A stretch of 64,000 bases of DNA from Candidatus Dormiibacterota bacterium (GTDB lineage Bacteria; Chloroflexota; Dormibacteria; Aeolococcales; Bog-877), in the NCBI GenBank assembly GCA_027313505.1, contig DAHVDN010000011.1, positions 2,131-66,130 on the forward strand, in the 5' to 3' direction. The notes beneath the pieces were generated by a model that had not been told where the DNA came from, ran no database searches, and was given only the letters and a program-made list of their open reading frames with translations. Shown here one piece after another: positions 8,775-17,169 of the stretch; the first letter of the stretch is position 1; every line of letters begins with the position of its first letter. A program made the translations under genes and the position numbers.

Positions 8775-9581
8775 TCAGACGGCCCAGCCACTGATGTAGG
8801 CACGGCTCCGGGGATCAGCCGGATCGTCGAAGAACTGCTTAACCGGGGCCTGCTCCACCACTTCCCCCTGCTCGAGAAAGAGGATCTCGTCAGCACAGCG
8901 GGCCGCCTGCTGCAGGTTGTGGGTGACGAATATCACCGTCATCTTTTCCTTCAGCCCCGCGATCAACTCCTCGATGCGGGTGGTGCTGTGAGGATCTAGA
9001 GATGAGGTGGGCTCGTCCAGTAGGAGAACATTTGGTTCCACCGCCAGCACCCTGGCCATGCACAGCAGTTGCTGTTGGCCCCCAGAGAGCGAGAATGGAG
9101 TGCTGGAGAGGCGGTCGTGCACCGCGTCCCAGAGGCCCACCTCACGAAGCAGGTACTCGGTCTTGGTGCTCACGTCAGCCCTTGACCAAAGCCCATGGAT
9201 GCGGGCACCGAGACTGATGTTTTCCCTGATGCTCTGCGGAAAGGGGTTGGGCCGCTGAAACAGCATCCCGACCCGCCGACGAAGTTCGCGGACATCGGTG
9301 GAGCCAGCGTAGATGCTCTCGCCGTCGAGCAGGATCCGCCCCTTGAGGTTGAAGCCGGGACGCCGATCGTGAAGCCGGTTGATGGAGCGGAGCAGGGTGG
9401 TCTTTCCACAGCCGGTCGGTCCGATGATCGCGGTGACCTTGCCTTTGGGAAGGTTGGCGGAGATCCCTTTCAGAATCTGTTTGGGACCGAAGCCCACCCT
9501 CACCTCATCGAGTTGAACGGTCCAGTCCAAGTTGGAACCGACCACATCAGCTACCCCCAGATGGCGCCCCGAACTCAGCAT
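8775..9581 (-). CDS. pstB: phosphate ABC transporter ATP-binding protein PstB
   Basis: GPTGCGKTT, VGMLFQRPNPFPQSI, LSGGQQQLLCMARVLA and VTHNLQQAARCAD give the characteristic PstB pattern. The start is uncertain (ATG 9581 lacks an SD; an in-frame GTG exists at 9545). Confidence 0.9.
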   Translation of the reverse strand: MLSSGRHLGVADVVGSNLDWTVQLDEVRVGFGPKQILKGISANLPKGKVTAIIGPTGCGKTTLLRSINRLHDRRPGFNLKGRILLDGESIYAGSTDVRELRRRVGMLFQRPNPFPQSIRENISLGARIHGLWSRADVSTKTEYLLREVGLWDAVHDRLSSTPFSLSGGQQQLLCMARVLAVEPNVLLLDEPTSSLDPHSTTRIEELIAGLKEKMTVIFVTHNLQQAARCADEILFLEQGEVVEQAPVKQFFDDPADPRSRAYISGWAV

Positions 9582-9663
9582 GCAAGCACCATACCCGGCA
9601 CTTGCTAAGGCGCGGTTATGGTCTTCCTAAGTAGGTCGGGTGGGAATCCAGTCCCCAAATTGG

Positions 9664-10926
9664 TCAGCTACTTGAGGCGGCGCCGACTGCCAGGCAGGCA
9701 TTGTGCCCGCCGAAGCCGAAGGAGTTGTTGAGCACCAGCTTCGGTCGGACAAGCCGGGCCCCTTCAGTCACGTAGTCCAGATCACAGTCCGGGTCGGGGG
9801 TCTCGTAATTGATGGTCGGGGGCACTCTGCCGTCGACGATCGCCATGATCGAGAACACCGTCTCGATGGCGCCGGCAGCACCCAGACTGTGCCCGGTCAT
9901 CGACTTGGTTGACGAGACCGGGATCTGCCTGGCTCTCGCCCCCAGGACCTCGCGGATGGCCGCGGTCTCGGCGGCATCGTTCATCTGAGTGGAGGTTCCG
10001 TGAGCATTTACGTAGTCGACTTGGTCGGCAGTGGCGCCCGCCTTGTCCAGCGCCCGTTGCATGGCCCGCCGCGCCCCGCGGCCCGTCGGCTCAGGAGCGG
10101 TGAGGTGGTAGGCATCGGCGCTGGCCCCGTAGCCAAGCAGCTCCGCCAGAATCACCGCGTCGCGGTGACGAGCGTGCTCGTACTCCTCCAAGACCAGGAT
10201 CCCGGATGCCTCCGCGATCACAAAGCCATCTCGGCCCGCGTCGAACGGGCGGCTGGCGTGCTCGGGGTCGTCGTTACGCTGGGAAAGTGCCCTCATCGAG
10301 CTGAATGCTCCAATCGCCAGCGGCGTGATCGAGGCCTCGCTGCCTCCGCAGATGCAGGCGAGCGCGTCGCCTCTGCGGATGATCTCCGACGCCTCCCCGA
10401 TCGAATGGGCTCCGCTGGCACAGGCCGACACCAGCGCGAAGTTGGGCCCACTGGCGCCGAACCGCATCGCGATCTCTCCGGCCGCGATGTCGGCCAAGAT
10501 CATCGGGACTGTGAAGGGGCTGAGCCGTCGCGGCCCTTTGTCGGCAAGCGTGTGGGTGGCCTCCTCGGTCACCTTCAAACCCCCGATGCCGGACCCGACG
10601 ATCACCCCCACCTCATCCCGGTTGGAGTCATCAATCACCAGGCCAGATTGGTCCATCGCCTCAGTGGTGGCTGCCAGGGCGAACTGGGTGAAACGTGCGG
10701 TGCGGCTGATCTGCTTGCGCTCGATGTAGTCCGAAGGGTCAAACTCTCGGACCTCTCCCGCCATCTGGGACCCATATGGCTCGGGATCGAAGGCCTGGAT
10801 TCGCTGGATTCCGTTGCGGCCCGCGCACAGTGCCGACCAGGTGTCGGCCACTCCGACGCCGAGCGGCGTCACGACCCCCATCCCAGTCACGACCACCCGT
10901 CGCCCTGGTACAACTGGCGAACTCAA
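9664..10926 (-). CDS. fabF: beta-ketoacyl-ACP synthase II
   Basis: Active-site Cys (VSACASGAHSIG) and His motifs (NAHGTSTQMND, GHSLGAAG). TTG at 10926 is preceded by AAGGGG. The track start at 11097 would overlap fabH by over 100 nt and adds an Arg/Ser-rich tail. Confidence 0.9.
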   Translation of the reverse strand: MSSPVVPGRRVVVTGMGVVTPLGVGVADTWSALCAGRNGIQRIQAFDPEPYGSQMAGEVREFDPSDYIERKQISRTARFTQFALAATTEAMDQSGLVIDDSNRDEVGVIVGSGIGGLKVTEEATHTLADKGPRRLSPFTVPMILADIAAGEIAMRFGASGPNFALVSACASGAHSIGEASEIIRRGDALACICGGSEASITPLAIGAFSSMRALSQRNDDPEHASRPFDAGRDGFVIAEASGILVLEEYEHARHRDAVILAELLGYGASADAYHLTAPEPTGRGARRAMQRALDKAGATADQVDYVNAHGTSTQMNDAAETAAIREVLGARARQIPVSSTKSMTGHSLGAAGAIETVFSIMAIVDGRVPPTINYETPDPDCDLDYVTEGARLVRPKLVLNNSFGFGGHNACLAVGAASSS

Positions 10927-10990
10927 TCCAACAAACCCCTTAGCTGGAAGGCAATCACCCTCGTCGGAGGGCAGCCATCTCGAGCGGTGA

Positions 10991-12073
10991 TCACGGCACC
11001 GCCCCCTGGTCGATGCCGATCGCGGTGGAGCCCCAACTGAGAAGTAGACCACCCCAGGTGAGGCCGGCGCCGAAGGCAACCAGGCAGATGAGGTCACCCT
11101 CGACGCAGTCGCCAGCCGCAGCGCCTTCCGCCAACGCCAGCGGGATGGATGCTGAAGAAGTATTCCCGATCATGTCGAGGTTGGTCATGAAGCGCTCGAA
11201 GGGAAACTTCAAGCGTCCGGCGGCGGTCTCCAGGATCCTGGAGTTGGCCTGATGTGACACCACAGTCGAAATCTGCCCGGGTTCCACACCGACGGCATCC
11301 GCCAGCCGGAGCACCACCTGCTCCAAGATCTTGGTGCTGAAGCGGAACACCTCGCGTCCGTTCATCGTGACAACCCGCCCCAATGACCTCGGCGAGGCCG
11401 TGTACTCAGGACCGCCGGGTGTCACTCGGTGCTCAATCGGCAACTCGAGGGTCCCCAGGGCGCCGGCGCCCCTTCCATCTGCACCGAGGTCCACAGCCAC
11501 GATCTGGCTCCCAGGGGAATCGGGCCCTCCCACCAGGAAGGCACCAGCGCCGTCGCCGAAGAGAACAGCCGTCGATCGATCCGACCAGTCGACCAACCTG
11601 GAGAAGATCTCAGCCGCCACCACCAAAACGTGCCGACTCATTCCTGTCTGAATAAGTGACTGGGCTAGGGCGAGGCCGTAGATGGCTCCGGAGCAGGCCG
11701 CCTGAAGGTCAAAGGCAGTGCCGTGGGGGCAACCCAACTCCGCCTGAAGCCTGCAGGCCAAGGAGGGGAACGTGTCATCCGGCGAACTGCTGGAGCAGAT
11801 GATCGTGTCCACCTCCGAGGCCTCGACCCCGGCGGCGGAGAGCGCCGCCGTCGCGGCCCTGGCCGCCAGGCTCAGCAGAGTCTCGCCTGGGTCGGCGACC
11901 CGGCGCTCTCGGATTCCAGTTCGGCTGGCGATCCAGTCATCCGAGGTATCCAGGAACTGTTCGAGATCTGAGTTGGTGACTCTCTTGGCGGGGAGCGCGC
12001 TCCCGACGGCCATGACCCGGCACCCCGGGTTGGTGCCCGAACCGCTCGCATCGGCGCGCCAGACTGGCCCCAT
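10991..12073 (-). CDS. fabH: beta-ketoacyl-ACP synthase III
   Basis: Cys-His-Asn triad context (ACSGAIYGL, SHQANSRI, GNTSSASIP) and N-terminal DDWIASRTGIRERR. Start chosen at ATG 12073. TTG at 12091 is an alternative. The 69-aa upstream extension in the track is not FabH-like. Confidence 0.88.
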   Translation of the reverse strand: MGPVWRADASGSGTNPGCRVMAVGSALPAKRVTNSDLEQFLDTSDDWIASRTGIRERRVADPGETLLSLAARAATAALSAAGVEASEVDTIICSSSSPDDTFPSLACRLQAELGCPHGTAFDLQAACSGAIYGLALAQSLIQTGMSRHVLVVAAEIFSRLVDWSDRSTAVLFGDGAGAFLVGGPDSPGSQIVAVDLGADGRGAGALGTLELPIEHRVTPGGPEYTASPRSLGRVVTMNGREVFRFSTKILEQVVLRLADAVGVEPGQISTVVSHQANSRILETAAGRLKFPFERFMTNLDMIGNTSSASIPLALAEGAAAGDCVEGDLICLVAFGAGLTWGGLLLSWGSTAIGIDQGAVP

Positions 12074-12243
12074 GGGCTCTGCAAGGTTCAAACTACCCTC
12101 AAGGTTACGGAGTCGGACGCGATCAGAGTTGGGGGCGTAACCTTTCCGGCGGCCGGGGACTCTGCCTGCGTGAGCCTCTTGGCCGGAATCGGACTGGGCA
12201 ACGGCGACACGCCCGGGTCGAAAACTCGTGAGGGAGGACGCTG

Positions 12244-13095
12244 ATGTCGGTGAGCACCGCCTACACCGGAGTGCAGGCAAACAAGGAAGGCAGCGCGTTC
12301 ACCTGCGCCGCCTGCAAGGCGACCTACCCCGCCGCCCAGGTGGCGGGAACCCTCTACGTGTGCCCGGGTTGTTCACACCACGCCCGGGTGGGTGCCCACG
12401 AGCGGATCAGGCAACTGGCAGACAAGGGCTCCTTCCAAGAGTGGGATGCCAACCTCACCGGGACCGACCGGTTGGGCTTCTTCGATACCAGAGCATATGT
12501 GGACCGCCTCGACGAGGCCCGCGCCCGCCAGCAGCTGCCCGACGCCCTGCTGACCGGCTCCGGGACGATCCATGGCTTTGCCGCCGGGCTAGCGGCATTC
12601 GACTTCGGCTTCCTCGGAGGCAGCCTTTCGACCGCGGTCGGCGAGCGACTGGCGCGAGCGATCGAACACAGCGCTGAGGCGCAGCTGCCCTTCGTATGCG
12701 TCACCTCCTCCGGCGGCGCTCGGATGCAAGAGGGCGTGTTCTCGCTCATGCAGATGGCCAAGAGCGTCTCAGCACTTCACGAGCTGGCCGAGGCCCATCT
12801 TCCCTTCATCTCGATCCTGGTGGACCCCACCATGGGCGGGAGTATCGCCAGCTTCGCGGCGCTGGGAGACGTCATCCTGGCCGAGCCCAAGGCGATGATC
12901 GGTTTCACGGGAGCCAGGGTCATCACCCAGGCTACCTACGAGCAGCTACCCGCCGGCTTTCAGACCTCCGAATTCCACCATGCCCGCGGCCTCATCGACC
13001 GCGTGGTCGATCGGCGTGATTTGAAGGCGGTCTTGGCTCAGCTGCTGGCGGTACTCGCAGGTCCGGCTGGGGAGATCGATCAGGCGCTGGCATGA
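12244..13095 (+). CDS. accD: acetyl-CoA carboxylase carboxyltransferase beta subunit
   Basis: N-terminal Zn ribbon CAAC...CPGC, then the carboxyltransferase domain (GGSLSTAVGERL, SSGGARMQEG). Confidence 0.9.
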   Translation: MSVSTAYTGVQANKEGSAFTCAACKATYPAAQVAGTLYVCPGCSHHARVGAHERIRQLADKGSFQEWDANLTGTDRLGFFDTRAYVDRLDEARARQQLPDALLTGSGTIHGFAAGLAAFDFGFLGGSLSTAVGERLARAIEHSAEAQLPFVCVTSSGGARMQEGVFSLMQMAKSVSALHELAEAHLPFISILVDPTMGGSIASFAALGDVILAEPKAMIGFTGARVITQATYEQLPAGFQTSEFHHARGLIDRVVDRRDLKAVLAQLLAVLAGPAGEIDQALA

Positions 13096-13928
13096 CTGCG
13101 GGAGATCTCGAGGTTGAGGCGGCTCCCGATGACGCGGCCGCGGCCTGGGCTCATGTGGAGGTCTCGCGCCACCCGGATCGTCCGTACGCTCTCGACCTGA
13201 TTCAGCGCTGTCTCGATGATTTCATTGAACTTCATGGGGACCGGCAGGGTGGCGATGACGCCGCCATGGTGATCGGCCTCGCCCGTCTCGGAGGACACCG
13301 GCTGGCGGTGGTCGCGAACCAGAAGGGCAGAACTCTTGAGGAGCGCGGCCGGCGCAACTTCGGTATGGCCCACCCGGAGGGATACCGGAAGGCACAGCGA
13401 CTATTCACGCTGGCCGGCCGCCTCAAACTTCCGGTTGTCAGCTTCATCGACACCCCTGGAGCCTATCCGGGGGTCGCCGCCGAGGAGCGCGGCCAGGCCT
13501 GGGCCATCGCTCAGACGCTGGAGGCCCAACTGGCTCTACCCACCCCCTACCTCGCAGTGGTCATCGGAGAAGGGGGAAGTGGTGGCGCGCTGGCGACACT
13601 CCTAGCCGACTCAGTGATGGTGCTGGAGCACGCATTCTTGTCGGTCGCCTCTCCAGAGGCGGCGGCGGCAATCCTGTTCAGGGATGCCGGGCAGAAGCAA
13701 CACGCTGCCGCGGCGTTACGCCTGGAGGCGAAGAACCTTTTGGAGTGGGGAATTGCCGATGAGATTGTCCCGGAACCGGAAGGGGGAGCGCACACCGACT
13801 GGGAGAAGACGGCGGCGCTGCTGCGGCCCCGCTTGGAGGCCCGGCTGCGAATGATTACCGAACGGGGATTCGACCCGGCGCGGCGACGGGCACGCTATCG
13901 TCAGCTCGACGGGTTGTTCGACGCCTGA
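13092..13928 (+). CDS. accA: acetyl-CoA carboxylase carboxyltransferase alpha subunit
   Basis: ATGA overlap with accD. Motifs FIDTPGAYPG and IGEGGSGGALA are typical of AccA. Confidence 0.9.
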   Translation: MTAGDLEVEAAPDDAAAAWAHVEVSRHPDRPYALDLIQRCLDDFIELHGDRQGGDDAAMVIGLARLGGHRLAVVANQKGRTLEERGRRNFGMAHPEGYRKAQRLFTLAGRLKLPVVSFIDTPGAYPGVAAEERGQAWAIAQTLEAQLALPTPYLAVVIGEGGSGGALATLLADSVMVLEHAFLSVASPEAAAAILFRDAGQKQHAAAALRLEAKNLLEWGIADEIVPEPEGGAHTDWEKTAALLRPRLEARLRMITERGFDPARRRARYRQLDGLFDA

Positions 13929-13952
13929 ACCAACTGGTGGGGCCGACAGCGC

Positions 13953-15443
13953 TCAGCCAATGGTCTTTGCAGCCTCTCTCAGTTCGTCCCAGAGCACCTC
14001 GACATCCCTGGCCTCGGTGCGGAGCCCCCCGACAGTTGCCCGGAGCACAAAGCGCTCTCGCAGGACGGCGTGTGAGATGAAGACCCGCCCGGCGCCGTTC
14101 ACGGCTGCCATCAGCTGGCGGTTGTGCCGCTCCAGCGCTGCTTCTGACTCAACTCCAGCAGGATGATGGCGAAAGCAAAGGGTTGACATCGGGGTCGGAG
14201 CGCACATTTCCCACTCCGGCTCCGCCACCAGCTGCTGCCTCAGCCAGGACGCCAGGGCGAGGTGGGAACGCAGCCGCTCTCGAATTCCCTCCTGCCCAAA
14301 GTAGCGGAGCACCATCCAGAGTTTGAGGGCGCGCATGCGCCGCCCCAGAGAAACTCCAAAGTCCATCAGGTTGCGACCGCCAAATCCATGCTCCCGATCC
14401 GCTTCAGGTGTCGACAGGTAGGCGGGGACCAGGGAGAAGGCCCGCCTCACGACCTCCGGATGTCGGGTGAGGAGAACTGAGCAGTCGATCGGAGTGAAGA
14501 GCCACTTGTGCGGGTTGACCACCACCGAGTCGGCAACGGCGACACCGGCAAACACCTCCTCCCGGCACTCCGGGAGAGCCGCGAGAACGCCTCCGTGGGC
14601 CGCGTCCACATGCAACCAGATCGAATGTCGCGCGCAGATCTCCGCAATCTGGGGGACCGGATCGATGCTGGTGCTGGCAGTGGTGCCTGCAGTGGCGACC
14701 ACCCCACAGGGCCCGTGCCCGGCCGCCAGATCCTCTTCGATAGCCCGCTCGAGCGCTGCGGGGTCCATGCGAAAGGTGTCATCGGTTCCGATGGTGCGGT
14801 ACCCACGTCTACCCAGCCCGAGGGTGATAACCGCCTTCTCGACCGAGGAATGGGCCTGGTCCGAGGCGTAGACCCTGAGCTCCGGCAGGTCCGGGCGACC
14901 TGCAAGGCCCAACTCCCGGACGTCCAGTCCCACCGCCTCGCGCGCTGCCGCCAGGGCGACCAGGGTCGATGAGGACGCAGTGTCGTTTATGTGACCGTCG
15001 AACGAATCTGGAAGCCCAATCAGCCGCGCCAGCCAGCGGCAGACCACCCACTCCATCTCCGTGGCCGCCGGTGCTGTGCGCCAGAGCATGGCGTTCACGT
15101 TGAGGGTGGCGCTCAGTAGTTCGGCGAGGATTCCAGCGCCGGCCGCGGAGCTGTTGAAGTAAGCGAAGAATCGGGGATGGTTCCAATGAGTCGTGGCCGG
15201 CACCACGATTCGCTGGAAATCGGAGAGGATCTCTTCCATGGATTCACCGGCCAGAGGGGCTGACGCCGGTAGCGAGTCGGCGAGCGCGCCCGGGGTCACG
15301 GCAGCCAGTGGCGGCATGGACGACACCTCCTCGAGGTACGCGGCCGCAAGGTCGATCGCCGCATATCCGTAACGCCGGAACTCCTCGGGAGTCAACTCCG
15401 CCCTTCCTGCCGGCCGCCCGCGAGCCTCGTCGAGGGCGCTCAC
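13953..15443 (-). CDS. PLP-dependent group II (aromatic-L-amino-acid/DOPA-type) decarboxylase
   Basis: 496 aa. PLP-lysine motif NPHKWL. THWNHPRFFAYF and the length are typical of pyridoxal_deC enzymes. The GTG start overlaps the upstream stop (GTGA at 15440-15443). Confidence 0.85.
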   Translation of the reverse strand: MSALDEARGRPAGRAELTPEEFRRYGYAAIDLAAAYLEEVSSMPPLAAVTPGALADSLPASAPLAGESMEEILSDFQRIVVPATTHWNHPRFFAYFNSSAAGAGILAELLSATLNVNAMLWRTAPAATEMEWVVCRWLARLIGLPDSFDGHINDTASSSTLVALAAAREAVGLDVRELGLAGRPDLPELRVYASDQAHSSVEKAVITLGLGRRGYRTIGTDDTFRMDPAALERAIEEDLAAGHGPCGVVATAGTTASTSIDPVPQIAEICARHSIWLHVDAAHGGVLAALPECREEVFAGVAVADSVVVNPHKWLFTPIDCSVLLTRHPEVVRRAFSLVPAYLSTPEADREHGFGGRNLMDFGVSLGRRMRALKLWMVLRYFGQEGIRERLRSHLALASWLRQQLVAEPEWEMCAPTPMSTLCFRHHPAGVESEAALERHNRQLMAAVNGAGRVFISHAVLRERFVLRATVGGLRTEARDVEVLWDELREAAKTIG

Positions 15444-16258
15444 CCGGTTGCCCGTGCCTCCGCCTGGCGGGCATCGGTGAATGCCTGGGCGATGGTGGCG
15501 GCGTGCCGCTCTCCCCCAAGGGGTATCAGGTGGAGACGCAGCCCAGGTCTCCGACCGACCTCGGCGGCCAGCTCCTCAGCCACCGCCACACCCTCACCGG
15601 CCCGCAGGCGCGATGCCATCTGCTCCGGCACCGGGCAGTTGGGGAGCGACCGGAGGATGAAGTCCAGGCTTCGCGGCGAGCGGACCAGGCCAACGCTGGC
15701 GAAGACAACGACCTCCGGAGGGAGGACACCGCGGGCGTCGTCCAGAAAGTCATCGAACAGGTCAAAGTCGAAGAGCATCTGGGTTTGGATGAAGTCAACT
15801 CCCGCCTGGGCCTTGCGCTCCAGGAGCCGCAGCTCCCGAGACCGGCTGGCAAATGGGTTGACGACAGCACCACGGAGCAAACTCCCGGGCTGTGCCCATT
15901 CGGGGATCGAGGCCAGGGTGTCGATAACCGAGAGGCCGCTGTCCAGAACGGCCCCCTGCTTGTCTCCGCGGACCACCAGGACCCCAAGCGCACCGAGGGC
16001 CGACGCCCCCATCACCTGCTGCTGCTGGCCCAGGCGGTTGCGGTCACGGCAGGACAGGTGGACGATGGGCCGGAGATTTCGGCGCAGGCAGGCGGGGATC
16101 GCGGCCAGAGGTGACAGCCGGGGGCGACCCATGTGGTTGTCGGTAAGACCCACCACTCCGACGGTGGGTACCAGATGGTCCAGCGCTCGTTCCACACGGT
16201 GCAACTCGGCGGTCCGGGGCATCGACAGCTCGGCGGATCTCGCGGCGGCAGGGAACAC
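15440..16258 (-). CDS. methylenetetrahydrofolate reductase-like protein (short, MetF family)
   Basis: MTHFR-like TIM-barrel strings (HLSCRDRN, VVRGD, DFIQTQMLFD). The start is ambiguous: track TTG 16285, GTG 16258 (9 nt after a TATATT box) or ATG 16222. Confidence 0.7.
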   Translation of the reverse strand: MFPAAARSAELSMPRTAELHRVERALDHLVPTVGVVGLTDNHMGRPRLSPLAAIPACLRRNLRPIVHLSCRDRNRLGQQQQVMGASALGALGVLVVRGDKQGAVLDSGLSVIDTLASIPEWAQPGSLLRGAVVNPFASRSRELRLLERKAQAGVDFIQTQMLFDFDLFDDFLDDARGVLPPEVVVFASVGLVRSPRSLDFILRSLPNCPVPEQMASRLRAGEGVAVAEELAAEVGRRPGLRLHLIPLGGERHAATIAQAFTDARQAEARATG

Positions 16259-16404
16259 GTTGCTTCCAATATATTGACTCGGCAAGAGATGCGAAGTTTC
16301 ATCCTGTTGGCGGATGGCGGACAGGGGCTCACCGTTTCACAATTGCAGGCGACCGAGGTGCCCCCTCTGAATTCGGAGTCTGGCCAGATCCGCACTCAAA
16401 TCAG

Positions 16405-17169
16405 TTGACTGACTCTGCCCCCGCAGCCTCCCCCGCGGGCGGGCGGGGCGTGGCGACGCCCCCCGGCGGAGTACCGGTTTTGGAGGTTCGGCACCTCGGC
16501 CGCTCGCTGCCCCTCGGAGAGGAACGCATCGAGATCCTTAAGGACATCAACTTCGCCATCCCCGCAGGCGAATTCGTGACCCTGATGGGCCCCTCGGGAA
16601 GTGGCAAGAGCACCCTCTTGGGTTGCATCACAGGACTCGACAGCCCCAGCTCCGGTCAGGTCTTCCTGAATGGCATCGACATCTCCTCCATGCGTGAGTC
16701 CCAGCTGGCAGGGATTCGCAACCGCACGGTCGGAATGGTCTTTCAGGCGTTCAACCTGATTCCCACCCTGACCGCGCGCGAAAACGTGGAGGTGCCTCTT
16801 TACGCCGGTTCGTGGAAGGGCTCCCCCGGGGCTAGATCTGAGGAGCTGCTCGGCCTGGTCGGACTCTCTCACCGGCTGGAGCACCGGCCCAGCCAACTTT
16901 CGGGGGGCGAGCAGCAAAGGGTTGCCATCGCCAGAGCGCTGGCGACCCAGCCCCCCCTGTTGGTGGCCGACGAGCCGACAGGAAATCTTGCCGCCGCGCA
17001 GGGCAAGGAGATCCTCGACCTCCTCTGGGAGCTGAAGGAGCAGTTGGGTACGACCCTCGTGATAGCGACGCACGACCTGTCGGTGAGCCAATATGCCACC
17101 CGAATGCTTCAGCTGGCCGACGGAGAGCTGGTCGGCGACCACCCGGGACCGCGCGCAACTCCGGCGTGA
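16405..17169 (+). CDS. ABC transporter ATP-binding protein (MacB/LolD-type)
   Basis: GPSGSGKSTLL, LSGGEQQRVAIARAL, LLVADEPTGNL. Stop overlaps the permease start (GTGA at 17166-17169). Confidence 0.9.
   Translation: MTDSAPAASPAGGRGVATPPGGVPVLEVRHLGRSLPLGEERIEILKDINFAIPAGEFVTLMGPSGSGKSTLLGCITGLDSPSSGQVFLNGIDISSMRESQLAGIRNRTVGMVFQAFNLIPTLTARENVEVPLYAGSWKGSPGARSEELLGLVGLSHRLEHRPSQLSGGEQQRVAIARALATQPPLLVADEPTGNLAAAQGKEILDLLWELKEQLGTTLVIATHDLSVSQYATRMLQLADGELVGDHPGPRATPA

Noticed and set aside
10000-11040. 346-aa plus-strand ORF antisense to fabF
   Set aside because: Arg/Gly/Pro/His-rich translation with no recognisable motifs. It lies entirely opposite a gene with clear FabF catalytic motifs, which is typical of a high-GC shadow ORF.
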